Of a stretch of 64,000 nt of DNA, positions 26,681-39,530 are shown piece by piece. The notes beneath the pieces were generated by a model. It was not told the origin of the DNA and searched no databases. It was given only the letters and a program-made list of their open reading frames with translations. Numbering within the stretch: the first letter of the stretch is position 1; every line of letters begins with the position of its first letter. The position numbers and the translations under genes are program-made. This DNA is from Amphiscolops sp. MND2022 (taxonomy: Eukaryota): the NCBI GenBank assembly GCA_964187785.1, contig OZ076418.1, positions 4,712,001 to 4,776,000 on the forward strand. The letters run 5' to 3'.

Positions 26681-26812
26681 ATGATAACTTTGGAAGACCC
26701 GGACTACTCACTACTCTGGTTTCTGATTTTCTACCATCTTGTCACTAGTTTTATCACGCTTGTTGTAAAACTAACTATCTGGACGATATCAACCCACCTC
26801 CAAAATAACTGA
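26681..26812 (+). CDS. Leader micro-ORF 1, 43 aa, predicted single transmembrane peptide
   Basis: My translation: MITLEDPDYSLLWFLIFYHLVTSFITLVVKLTIWTISTHLQNN; intact; paralogous to the next ORF. Confidence 0.55.
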   Translation: MITLEDPDYSLLWFLIFYHLVTSFITLVVKLTIWTISTHLQNN

Positions 26813-26817
26813 GGTCT

Positions 26818-26970
26818 ATGAGATCAGTGATAACTCCTGAGGACCCGGACTACCTACTTATCGCTGGAATCTTCCTTGTGTTCATCACCCTTGTCACTTG
26901 CCTCTGTGCACTTCTTTTCAATATACATCTTGAAGACCCCATCACTAAATATTATTCAATCATACCTTAA
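26818..26970 (+). CDS. Leader micro-ORF 2, 50 aa, predicted single transmembrane peptide
   Basis: My translation: MRSVITPEDPDYLLIAGIFLVFITLVTCLCALLFNIHLEDPITKYYSIIP; shares ITxEDPDY plus a hydrophobic helix with ORF 1. Confidence 0.6.
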   Translation: MRSVITPEDPDYLLIAGIFLVFITLVTCLCALLFNIHLEDPITKYYSIIP

Positions 26971-27019
26971 CTGAGGGAAACTCAGCCACAAGAAGATCTA
27001 AACTGTCACAATTCTGAGA

Positions 27020-27900
27020 ATGGCTCAGAACGCAGTCTCTTTTCCTGATCTAGCTTTGGACAAGTTCTCTGGGAATGACCCAGACCAAGATGTTAAATCA
27101 TTTCTTTTGACAGTCGAAAACAACATAGACTTTTCATTTGGATCACCCCCACACGATGCTGGCGAAGCTGCTAGATATCTCTTCAGAAAAAAAGCACTTT
27201 TCTCATCTCTCCTTCGCGCACCAGCTGCAGAATGGTACGAAGGATTTAACGTAGGTAACCCACTACCTACTTGGATTCAAGTCAGGACAGCTTTCATAAC
27301 TCGCTTCTCAGATGACAGAGACAAATACAGACACAGAATAACTGCTGAAAACTGTGTTAGAGGAAAAGAAGAACTAGTCAAAAATTTCTATCATAGAGTC
27401 AAACAAGCAGTAGACAAAGGATGGCCTATCGATGCCGCAGCTAATCAAAATGAGAGATGCTCAACAAAACTTGAGAAATCAGAAGTATATTGACTTCACA
27501 ATCAGAGGACTAACTCCTTCGGGACTTAAGAGGAAAGCTCATGAATATCTGATAGAACATCCAAATACAACATGGGGCAATTTCAAAGACCATGTCGCCA
27601 ACAAAGACTTGATTTATTCAGTAAGTTCGGAGTTTGTACCAAACTCAACTAATGAGCAGAACTCTAAACTAGACTCGTTAGAAAAACAAGTCAGAGAACT
27701 TTCAACTCTTCTGAAAGAATAACAAGTTAATGCTTTGAATCAAGCCAACACACGAACCAATGATGTGAACAATAAATCCAGACAGAATGCCACACGCTTC
27801 TGTCACTATTGTAGACGAAACGGGCACACTCTACAATATTGCAGAACTAAAGCTTTTGATGACGAACGAAAACGTCAGTACAATCGTGAGAACCAGCAGA
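27020..27900 (+). pseudogene. gag: gag (capsid + CCHC zinc knuckle), frameshifted with a premature stop
   Basis: KFSGNDP...PAAEWY...TW..VRTAFITRFS capsid-like segment; CHYCRRNGHTLQYC is CX2CX4HX4C; frameshift near 27460 and TAA at 27720. Confidence 0.88.
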
Positions 27901-30900
27901 TCTTGTCAACCAATTACAGTAGTGAGAAGTAAACAAAAGACAAGAACATACACTGGAGAAGAAATACCTATGCTGGGTCACACATTACTAAACTTTAGTT
28001 TTGACTCTGATGGACAACACTGTTTTCAACTCCAACTCTGGATAACAGAAACCAAAACAGCAAATTTATTGGGTATCGAATTCTGCAGAAAATATATATC
28101 CAAACTCCACTTCGATATTCCGGCAATAGAACTCAAAGACACTCCTAACACAATTTGCTGTGGCAGCCTTTGTAATACCAAACTTTATCCCTACCTGTCA
28201 CTAATCAGGGCAATACGGATACCGCACCAGATACATATCGACGCTAAGACTTCTCGTGTCTACAAATATCAACCAGAAGATGAACAAACAAATTTTGCAT
28301 CAGGGACTACTTTTATCCCTCATCAAAAAGTAGCCAACTCCGGACTGGACTTTGTGAATGTACTTTGTACGCAATCAGAACAATATCTACCATTTCTAAT
28401 GGAGAACAACAAGAATCATCAAATAACTCTTGACAAAGGAATTTTGGGATATTCATCGCTGGACATACTAGATTTCGAGCGACCAAAATACCAAATAAAA
28501 GACTGTGTTAAAATGGTTGACTGCATACTATCTGAGAATGACCCGTATAACGAATGTTTTCTACTACACTCGACACTGACCCACGAACCAGACTTCAGAG
28601 ATGGCATACGTATCATTAATGGGAACGATGATACAATCTTTGAAATTCAAACAGCCATTGCTCACTGCATATCAGCCGACGCAAAAATGAGTAAAGGATT
28701 CGCCGAAACTATCAGTAACCACATCAGCGGACTACAAGAATATTGCTACAAATCAGAAGCTTTTGTTGGATCAGTCATCCCCTTCTGGGACAATGATGCA
28801 AATAGATTCGTATACAACCTTGTCACAAAGAACAAGTTCTTTGAAAAACCTACCCTTGAGAACCTTCGGATATTACTTGAAAATATGAGAGTCCACGCCC
28901 TGCTCAACAATGTTCAAATAATAACAATGCCAAAAATTGGTTGTGGACTTGATAAACTCCCTTGGAATGAAGTACTTAAAATACTGAAAGACACTTTCAC
29001 TGACTCTGGAATTCTCATTCAAATCATCTCCAGAAACGAGCTGGATTCAAAACAGCCACCAAGCCTACGAACTCAGAAGACTATATTGAAAACGAAATTG
29101 ATAACTATGCAAACGAATGGAAAAATGAAAAGAACGAGCTAGAAACAGACTTCACCAAAGATTCAAAATCATGTCAGCCTCCTTGTAAAGAACAGTTTCC
29201 AATACTGAGACCTAAAGAGCTAAACAATGATCTCATCGACTACTATTTGCAGTACCAACCGCAGGAAATAAAAGACTTTATCAAACAATTCGATTTCCAA
29301 TACACTGACTTAGAAGATGAAGAACTTGTCATGCTGATAGATATGATCATTGACTCCAGAGATGTATATTCACAACACAAATTCGATATTGGTCGAACCA
29401 AACAGAAGTTTCACGTCACTCTGAAACCTAACTCAGAACTTCGCAAACAACGCCCTAGTAAAGTTCCACTTCATCTGAAAGACAAACTTGAAAAACTTCT
29501 CGGACAACTGCAAGAAACCGGCATCATCAGAGAAAAGGGAGACGATGACGAACTCGGCTCACTTTTTGTAAACCCCATCATTCTCTTACCTAAAGCTGTC
29601 TACGTTAAACTTGTCATTGATGCAAGATATCTGAATTCTATCACTGACCTAACAAACTACTCTTGGCCATTCGAACCAGTCCAAATGATTATGACAAGAA
29701 TCAACGGCAATTACTTCACAGCAAGTGCTCTCGTGTGCATATCACCAAGTACCCCTTAGTGAAGAAACTCAGAAACTAACTAGTTTCATCGTAGGTGGAA
29801 AACAATACACCTATCAAGTTGGATTATATGGCCTTTGTGGACTCCCTCAATGGTTCAGCCGAATGATGGCGATTGACTTCGAACCCCTAGTAAAGAAGAA
29901 ACAAGCAATCACCTATCTTGATGATAGTCTTCTCCAATCGCAAACCAAATGCGAGATGTTCACAATCATACACGAATATCACCAACTCTTTCGAAAAGGC
30001 GGACTAAAAGCCGCACCTGGCAAGACACACTTCTTCTTGAGAAAAATAAAATTCCTGGGACATGTTATATCTCAAGATGGAATTCAACCAGTAGCTAAAC
30101 GAGTACAAGACTTGAAAAATTTGAAGTCACCGGAATGCAAACGAGACGTAATGAAAGTACTCGGATGTTTAGGCTTTATAGCTGTTACATCAAGAATCAA
30201 GAAGACACTACACCTTTCAAATAGACCGAACAACACGAAACACTTTTCAACCAGATAAAAGAAAGAATCTCAGAGGATACAATTTTAGCAGTTCCTTCAA
30301 CTGAATAGCCTTTTCATATTCACGTTGACTCTTCGAATGTAGGAACTGGATGTATATTAGTTCAACAGTTTCCAGAAGGAAAACGAATAGTCTCTTTCAA
30401 CTCTCGTGTCTTTGTCAAGGCAGAACAAAAAATGTCTACCCTCCACCGAGAGCTTTGCGGTATTGTATCTGCAGACCTATGAGCATTACATAATCGGCTC
30501 TCCATTTCCAATCTACCTTTACTGAGACCACAAACCCATCCTCTACTTATGGGGACGAAAAGGACAACTTTCTCATCGGTTCTTCAAGTACCAAGTTATA
30601 ATAACAAAATTTCACAACTTGAAGATAATCTGGACGCCAGGCTCAAACTTAGCATTCCCAGATATACTTAGCCGAAATGTAACACTGTGCGACATCAACA
30701 AATTACAGCGACAGCATAAAGAAATACCGAGAGATATCATTTTATGATGAAAAGGGAGACCAGATGCATTACACTATCAAACACGAAGATAGCCAAGATA
30801 TCTCATGCAATGACTTCTTTCCAATAATATGCCAACACGGGAACGATAGACAAATTCTACACCTGGAGAATGACGGTGACGAGCAGTATATTGAAGACTA

Positions 30901-33177
30901 CATTGAAGACAATGAAGTCTTAGCTACAATGCAAAACATGACCGATTGCTTTATACTCGGCAAGACAATAAACCAATATAAACGACTTTGCTCAGATGTT
31001 TGTCCCTACTTCACAAACTACACCATCGAAGAAGAAACCTACAGCGAAATTGAAGAACAACAAGATGACGGCTACAACAGTGACAACGAAATTGCAGAAC
31101 TAAACTTCGATCAGAAGGACTCCGAATTCTTACACTTGCAAACGAATCAATCCGAAGAAACAAGTCACAAAAACCAATTCTAAAATCCAACATAGACTCA
31201 GAATTACACCCAGAGGTAGATACAAAGGAATTGATACAAAAATTGAGTGACTTTGCAAAAACTGCTGATTTAGATGTAACTACATTAGTTGAAGAACAAC
31301 TCAACGACCCAGTACTACAAAAAGTACGCAGTTGGATAAAGAAATCAGATAAGCGACCAACAAAAACACATGACAACAATCAATCTAAAGCACTACTATC
31401 ATACTTCAATAGATTCGAGCAACTCTTTATAGACGAAGAAACCAACCTCTTATGCTACAACGACACAGTTCAAGAAACAAACAAGACTGAGATGAAATAA
31501 TGTGTTCCCCTATCACTGTTTCTACCACTTTTTAAACTTGCTCACACACACAGTCACAAGGGTCATCCCGGAATATTCAAAACCTTTGAAAATGTTAGAC
31601 AACTTCTTTTGGCCAGGACGATACAAATGGATTGTTTATCTCAGAAGATTGCATTGAATGCCAAATCAATAAGTCAAAACGTCATGACTTACACGAAGCT
31701 CCATTGGAACAATGGGGAGAACTTGAAACTACACCCTTCAAAACAATTCATATAGACCATAAAGGCCCGCTTAGGCCTAGTAGCAATTCGAACAATCATT
31801 GCTTAGTAGTAGTTGACGCGTTTTCAAGGTTCATTGGTGTCTACCCAGTTAAAGACACTAGCTACTATCACTGCATTAGAAAAATGGATCACATCTTATG
31901 GCATTCCTCAGAAAATAATACACGATAACGGGAAAGCATTTATCAACAGTGACTTCATCAACTGGACTAAAGAATTCGGAATAACTCTTGCACCACGAAC
32001 AACATACCATGGACAAACGGAAAAGTAGAAGTACAAAATCAGCACCTTACACGATATTGGAGAAACTTCACTAACGAGTCAGGTAACAATTGGTCAAAAC
32101 TAGCACCGAAGTTTGCATTCGCTCATAACACAAGCGTAAACTACACAACAGGACTTACCCCATATGAAGTAGTGTTCGGGACAAAACCACAAGTTCCTAT
32201 GACGTTAAAACTTGGACTAATACGAGACAAAAATCTTGCGATCTCGCAGATCCGAATATTGCGAAGGATTGAAACCCCATACACACAGCGAAAATCAGCT
32301 ATCGAACAAATCCCTGGATCGATTACTCAGACCACAACTTTCAGACGAACTTATTGCTCGCGAAAATGACTTCAAACGAATCTATTCGTCAACCTATCAA
32401 CGATGCCGACAAATCACTTCTAAAGCACACGAATACAGGAACCGATTCAAACTCGGACGACCTATCAACATTGGACAAAAAGTATTCTTAGAGAATCACA
32501 CTGCCGACTTGAGCAGATCACAAAAATTAAAACAATTACGTGTTGGCCCTTTTACAGTCACTAAACAAATAACAAATACGACCTACGAAATTCAAGAGGA
32601 CGCTAATCCTGATAATATCAAAGTTACTCATCGGAATCACCTGATTGAATACTTTCCTAAAGAGGAAAGACTCCCTCCTTTAATCACTAACTACGCGCCG
32701 CCTATAACAAAAGATAGTGATTTCTACAAACATTTAGTGCAGTCGCAAATTAATGACTATAATTCAAACCAACAAAGATTTTCCCTAGATGTAATGCCTT
32801 TTATCATATCGCCGCTACAAGAAAAAACTAACATTCACGAATTGAACAAAAATCACGCTGCACTTTCACCTAACGCTGATTCAGGAATTCAATCTCCTTC
32901 TACGCCTACCAATGATGATCACAATTATCAAAATCGAACTATTTCACCATTGCCGCCGCTACAAACTCCTATACTCCCTATGACTCCTATGCCTATTCGT
33001 GTTCCTACTATTTTGAGGACAACACCGCAATTTCATGAAGCTGAACAATCTACTTCTTCATCGTCAAAAAAGAGAAATAAAGTTGCTGATATTACATCAA
33101 AAATAAAAGCAAAATACAAACGCTCCGATCCTGATAGCTCACTACGGAAATTAGAAAGAAGGGGATATAAAGATTAA
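27900..33177 (+). pseudogene. pol: pol: partial protease, dUTPase-like spacer, macrodomain, RT, RNase H, integrase with GPY/F tail; multiple disablements
   Basis: PR C-half (TYTGEEIPMLG...NLLGIEF), with no catalytic DxG segment visible; RT LVIDARYLN, YHQVPL, TYLDD, FLGHVIS; RH HVDSSNVGTG, ELCGIV, DHKP; IN HxxxGH/CIEC, IHIDHKGP, HDNGKAF, NGKVEVQN; VGPFTVTK. Confidence 0.92.
28600..29034 (+). CDS. TARG1/OARD1 (Poa1p-like) macrodomain embedded in Pol
   Basis: IAHCISADAKMSKGFA...YNLVTK...KPTLENL...MPKIGCGLDKLPW closely follows recalled OARD1 LAHCISEDCRMGAGIA...YYLITK...KPTYENL...MPRIGCGLDRLQW. Confidence 0.9.
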
Positions 33178-36100
33178 ATTATAAAGGGAAAGGGAAACAA
33201 AAATTATAAGGAGAGATTTCCGATTAACGTAACAAAAACGCAAATACAACAAATATCTATACATATATACAATCAGGGAAGCAAGGGCCCAATGGTTTCC
33301 ATTTCCATGTAAGCTTGTTCAACTAGGAAATTCACAAATTGCTGCTGGTTCCCCATCTCCCAACGCACCACTAACTCTCGCTTCGCCAATGGGGACAAAG
33401 CCAAATACGAAGTTCGAATTGTCTCTAACTTGAAGAAAAACACCTCTCCCACTGAGGACGCTCAACCACTGAAACAGAACAACTTGTATATAAAAGAGGA
33501 AAAATTGACTTCTACTTGACAGCACAAGTACAATCACATCACTATACATCATACGACTATAGAGAAGTACCAAAAAGGTATATTAAAAAACAAAAAGACA
33601 TTCTTACGAGGAGTTCCAGTGACAATTCCCAAAATTGCCTGAAAACGATCACTAAGATCGACAGGAATAGCTGCATCCATCCCCAACATCGGACGACGAC
33701 TATCAGCTATTACCTGCTTGAGTGATCTTAATTCGTTTTGACAGATAATTGCCGGCCATACATGTTCCCCATAATCTACTACAGGAATCATATCTGACGG
33801 AAGAAAATGCGGATGAACGACAGGAGGATTGAGAGCCATATAAGTCTTAAAACACACAGATTGAATTTTCACTTTCAGCACCCCTCTACCTCAAAAATTT
33901 CCCAGCTACCCAACCCAAAAATTTGCGAACGCACAAACCGAACAAAATTCACAACTTTTCTTTTTCGTTCAACGGCGGTGGGACTACTTTGTAGTTATAT
34001 AGTCAGTAGAAATCAAAAAAAAACAGAAATTAACACCCGAAAAACACCCGACCTAACAGCCCAGAAACAGCAGATAAAATGAAGAAAACAAAGAAGAAAA
34101 ACAACAAAAGCCCCAATAAACAATCTCTACCCATCTGTGTTATACTCACATTGTATCTTTTAATCTAAACAAATGTCACATTTGCTTCCTTTAATTTACG
34201 CTTTTGTTGAAATAAAAGAAAAGAAAATCTTTTGTTAAACTCTCTTTTGTCAGTTGAAGGTTAACGTTTTATCTTTGTTCATTTTCAGATAGTCATCTTT
34301 TCAACTCTCCTCTTCGAATTTAGCTATTGTTCATAATAACATATTTTTCTTTTCAGCTAGCAATAAACAAATTTGCTCAACTTACCTTTTCTCTGCTGTG
34401 ACCGAAAATAATTTCTTCTTAGCTTTTTAATTACCTTTCATTTTAGCTGCCAAGCTCTTCAACCTCACACTTATTCAATAGTATAGATTATTCCCACTAG
34501 CAAGCTCCGCTGTTGCCAACGGAGACGAATTATAAATTCTCTTTTAACTCCTTAATTACCTTTTATTTTAGCCGCCAAGCTCTTCAACCTCTCACTTAAT
34601 CGATAACATAGAATATTGCCTCTTACAAGCTCCGCTGTTGCTAACAGAGATGAATTCTCTTTTAACTTTAACTCTTTAATTATCTTTTTTTAACTACCGA
34701 CGAATTCAACTAATGATTTTTGCCCCCCAAGCTCCTTTGTTTTGAGCAAAAAGTAAATTTTGAACTAGTTCTTTAGCCATCGCTTTTGTAAGATTCTAAA
34801 ATGAATTTTACAGAGTAAGTCGAAGCGCATGGTTTTGTTTGTATTTTAGCAAAGCTTACAACTACACAATCAACTGACGAATCTAGCAGCAAATGTACCT
34901 CAAGATAAACAACGACTTCTACAGGATAATAAAATCAGAGTTAAGAAATCAAACTTTTCACGTCCTTCTACAACACCATCAGGCTAAAGAAGACTGCTGA
35001 TTTAGATGTAACTACATTAGTTGAAGAACAACTCAACGACCCAGTACTACAAAAAGTACGCAGTTGGATAAAGAAATCAGATAAGCGACCAACAAAAACA
35101 CATGACAACAATCAATCTAAAGCACTACTATCATACTTCAATAGATTCGAGCAACTCTTTATAGACGAAGAAACCAACCTCCTATGCTACAACGAGACAG
35201 TTCAAGAAACAAACAAGACTGAGATGAAATAATGTGTTCCCCTATCACTGTTTCTACCACTTTTTAAACTTGCTCACACACACAGTCACAAGGGTCATCC
35301 CGGAATATTCAAAACCTTTGAAAATGTTAGACAATACTTCTTTTGGCCAGGACGATACAAATGGATTGTTTATCTCATAGAAGATTGCATTGAATGCCAA
35401 ACCAATAAGTCAAAACGTCATGACTTACACGAAGCTCCATTGGAACAATGGGGAGAACTTGAAACTACACCCTTCAAAACAATTCATATAGACCATAAAG
35501 GCCCGCTTAGGCCTAGTAGCAATTCGAACAATCACTGCTTAGTAGTAGTTGACGCGTTTTCAAGGTTCATTGGTGTCTACCCAGTTAAAGACACTAGCTA
35601 CTATCACTGCATTAGAAAAATGGATCACATCTTATGGCATTCCTCAGAAAATAATACACGATAACGGGAAAGCATTTATCAACAGTGACTTCATCAACTG
35701 GACTAAAGAATTCGGAATAACTCTTGCACCACGAACAACATACCATGGACAAACGGAAAAGTAGAAGTACAAAATCAGCACCTTACACGATATTGGAGAA
35801 ACTTCACTAACGAGTCAGGTAACAATTGGTCAAAACTAGCACCGAAGTTTGCATTCGCTCATAACACAAGCGTAAACTACACAACAGGACTTACCCCATA
35901 TGAAATAGTGTTCGGGACAAAACCACAAGTTCCTATGACGTTAAAACTTGGACTAATACGAGACAAAAATCTTGCGATCTCGCAGATCCGAATATTGCGA
36001 AGGATTGAAACCCCATACACACAGCGAAAATCAGCTACCGAACAAATCCCTGGATCGATTACTCAGACCACAACTTTCAGACGAACTTATTGCTCGCGAA

Positions 36101-38730
36101 AACGACTTCAAACGAATCTATTCAACCTATCAACGATGCCGACAAATCACTTCTAAAGCACACGAATACAGGAACCGATTCAAGCTCGGACGACCTATCA
36201 ACATTGGACAAAAAGTATTCTTAGAGAATCACACTGCCGACTTGAGCAGATCACAAAAATTAAAACAATTACGTGTTGGCCCTTTTACAGTCACTAAACA
36301 AATAACAAATACGACCTACGAAATTCAAGAGGACGCTAATCCTGATAATATCAAAGTTACTCATCGGAATCACCTGATTGAATACTTTCCTAAAGAGGAA
36401 AGACTCCCTCCTTTAATCACTAACTACGCGCCGCCTATAACAAAAGATGGTGATTTCTACAAACATTTAGTGCAGTCGCAAATTAATGACTATAATTCAA
36501 ACCAACAAAGATTTTCCCTAGATGTAATGCCTTTTATCATATCGCCGCTACAAGTAAAAACTAACATTCACGAATTGAACAAAAATCACGCTGCACTTTC
36601 ACCTAACGCTGATTCAGGAATTCAATCTCCTTCTACGCCTACCAATGATGATCACAATTATCAAAATCGAACTATTTCACCATTGCCGCCGCTACAAACT
36701 ATACTCCCTATGACTCCTATGCCTATTCGTGTTCCTACTATTTTGAGGACAACACCGCATTTTCATGAAGCTGAACAATCTACTTCTTCGTCGTCAAAAA
36801 AGAGAAATAAAGTTGCTGATATTACATCAAAAATAAAAGCAAAATACAAACGCTCCGATCCTGATAGCTCACTACGGAAATTAGAAAGAAGGGGATATAA
36901 AGATTAAATTATAAAGGGAAAGGGAAACAAAAATTATAAGGAGAGATTTCCGATTAACGTAACAAAAACACAAATACAACAAATATCTATACATATATAC
37001 AATCAGGGAAGCAAGGGCCCAATGGTTTCCATTTCGTCAATTTCCATGTAAGCTTGTTCAACTAGGAAATTCACAACTTGCTGCTGGTTCCCCATCTCCC
37101 AGCGCACCACTAACTCTCGCTTCGCCAATGGGGACAAAGCCAAATACGAAGTTCGAATTGTCTCTAACTTGAAGAAAAACACCTCTCCCACTGAGGACGC
37201 TCAACCACTGAAACAGAACAACTTGTATATAAAAGAGGAAAAATTGACTTGTACTTGACAGCACAAGTACAATCACATCACTATACATCATACGACTATA
37301 GAGAAGTACCAAAAAGGTATATTAAAAAACAACAAGACATTCTTACGTGAGGAGTTCCAGTGACAATTCCCAAAATTGCCTGAAAACGATCACTAAGATC
37401 GACAGGAATAGCTGCATCCATCCCCAACATCGGACGACGACTATCAGCTATTACCTGCTTGAGTGATCTTAATTCGTTTTGACAGATAATTGCCGGCCAT
37501 ACATGTTCCCCATAATCTACTACAGGAATCATATCTGACGGAAGAAAATGTGGATGAACGACAGGAGGATTGAGAGCCATATAAGTCTTAAAACACACAG
37601 ATTGAATTTTCACTTTCAGCACCCCTCTACCTCAAAAATTTCCCAGCTACCCAACCCAAAAATTTGCGAACGCACAAACCGAACAAAATTCACAACTTTT
37701 CTTTTTCGTTCAACGGCGGTGGGACTACTTTGTAGTTATATAGTCAGTAGAAATAAAAAAAACAGAAATTACCACCCGAAAAACACCCGACCTAACAGCC
37801 CAGAAACAGCAGATAAAATGAAGAAAACAAAGAAGAAAAACAACAAAACCCCCAATAAACAATCTCTACCCATCTGTGTTATACTCACATCGTATCTTTT
37901 AATCTAAACAAATGTCACATTTGCTTCCTTTAATTTACGCTTTTGTTGAAATAAAAGAAAAGAAAATCTTTTGTTAAACCCTTTTTTGTCAGTTGAAGGT
38001 TAACGTTTTATCTTTGTTCATTTTCAGATAGTCATCTTTTCAACTCTCCTCTTCGAATTTAGCTATTGTTCATAATAACACATTTTTCTTTTCAGCTAGC
38101 AATAAACAAATTTGCTCAACTTACCTTTTCTCTGCTGTGACCGAAAATAATTTCTTCTTAGCTTTTTAATTACCTTTCATTTTAGCTGCCAAGCTCTTCA
38201 ACCTCACACTTATTCAATAGTATAGATTATTCCCACTTGCAAGCTCCGCCGTTGCCAACGGAGACGAATTATAAATTCTCTTTTAACTCCTTAATTACCT
38301 TTTATTTTAGCCGCCAAGCTCTTCAACCTCTCACTTAATCGATAACATAGAATATTGCCTCTTACAAGCTCCGCTGTTGCTAACAGAGATGAATTCTCTT
38401 TTAACTTTAACTCTTTAATTATCTTTTTTTAACTACCGACGAATTCAACTAATGATTTTTGCCCCCAAGCTCCTTTGTTTTGAGCAAAAAGTAAATTTTG
38501 AACTAGTTCTTTAGCCATCGCTTTTGTAAGATTCTAAAATGAATTTTACAGAGTAAGTCGAAGCGCATGGTTTTGTTTGTATTTTAGCAAAGCCTACAAC
38601 TACACAATCAACTGACGAATCTAGCAGCAAATGTACCTCAAGATAAACAACGACTTCTACAGGATAATAAAATCAGAGTTAAGAAATCAAACTTTTCACG
38701 TCCTTCTACAACACCATCAGGCTAAAGAAG
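31261..38730 (+). repeat. Internal tandem duplication: copy 1 31261-34992, copy 2 34993-38730
   Basis: Near-identical ~3.73-kb copies with junction AAAGAAG|ACTGCTG; both contain integrase, the Pol tail and the downstream spacer. Confidence 0.95.
35230..36907 (+). pseudogene. Second (duplicated) integrase/Pol C-terminus
   Basis: ORFs 35440-35664, 35549-35764 and 35972-36907 mirror those of copy 1. Confidence 0.9.
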
Positions 38731-38831
38731 TTTATCACTGTACCTCCTACGTCAATTCACTGGGACTACTTTCATCACCTATTCCTTTTTGTTGGAGCAA
38801 TCCCCTTCGATGTCTTCAGAAACGAAAATAA
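38631..38831 (+). CDS. Accessory ORF, 66 aa, unknown function
   Basis: ATG-initiated, preceded by a TTTTAG acceptor-like site, and ends 9 nt before the next ORF. Confidence 0.4.
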   Translation: MYLKINNDFYRIIKSELRNQTFHVLLQHHQAKEVYHCTSYVNSLGLLSSPIPFCWSNPLRCLQKRK

Positions 38832-38840
38832 TGGTATTTA

Positions 38841-39197
38841 ATGATGAACATAATTTTTGATGAAGGCGAAATTGATGAAGTAGAATTCAACTGCCCTTGG
38901 AAAATAACAACTCCTTCAGGCAATTCCGAAAATTTTATAATTACCAAACTTAGGTGGTCACAAATATCACCTTGTTTCATCTCCGTGACACTACACCCCA
39001 CTAGCGGCAAAAATGAAGTAACTACCTTTGAAGTCGCAGAAGATAGTTTTCTTGAAGCCCAACTTTCTAAAGCACTAAGCGAATACCTTCGGAATCCAGA
39101 ACAACACGTTGAACAGTATCACCTCCACGTTCTTGGGGAGCTAACTGATACAATAGCCCCATTGATGTATTCAGAAAACACTGACAAAAGCAGCTAG
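38841..39197 (+). CDS. Accessory ORF c1, 118 aa, unrecognised domain (paralogue 1)
   Basis: Aligns by eye with c2: EVxFNCPxKITTPSGxxENFII...QLSxALxxY...PExH...LHxLGE. Confidence 0.75.
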   Translation: MMNIIFDEGEIDEVEFNCPWKITTPSGNSENFIITKLRWSQISPCFISVTLHPTSGKNEVTTFEVAEDSFLEAQLSKALSEYLRNPEQHVEQYHLHVLGELTDTIAPLMYSENTDKSS

Positions 39198-39199
39198 AT

Positions 39200-39499
39200 A
39201 TGAACTTTCACCGTAATAACGAAGTTACCGAAGAAGTCAATTTTAACTGCCCCTTTAAAATAACTACTCCTTCAGGCATCACTGAAAACTTCATTATCAT
39301 CAGACTCAAGTTGTCCTTTACCAAACCCAGTTTCATTTTGATAACAATACACCCTGTAAATAATAAAAGCAAAGTCTCCACTTTAGAAATCGCTAGTAAT
39401 AGATTCCTCCGAGAACAACTATCTGAGGCTTTGGATGATTACGCTGAAGAACCAGAATCACATATCACCCAATTTCAACTCCACATCCTTGGAGAGTAA
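39200..39499 (+). CDS. Accessory ORF c2, 99 aa (paralogue 2)
   Basis: Starts 2 nt after the c1 stop; same conserved motifs as c1. Confidence 0.75.
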   Translation: MNFHRNNEVTEEVNFNCPFKITTPSGITENFIIIRLKLSFTKPSFILITIHPVNNKSKVSTLEIASNRFLREQLSEALDDYAEEPESHITQFQLHILGE

Positions 39500-39530
39500 G
39501 CCGACACAACAGCAGCATAAAGAAAATCGA

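Noticed and set aside
33319-33881. Antisense ORFs of 84 and 110 aa (and their duplicates at 37058-37622)
   Set aside because: The reading frames differ between the two copies and have no recognisable motifs; a decayed sense ORF is at least as plausible.
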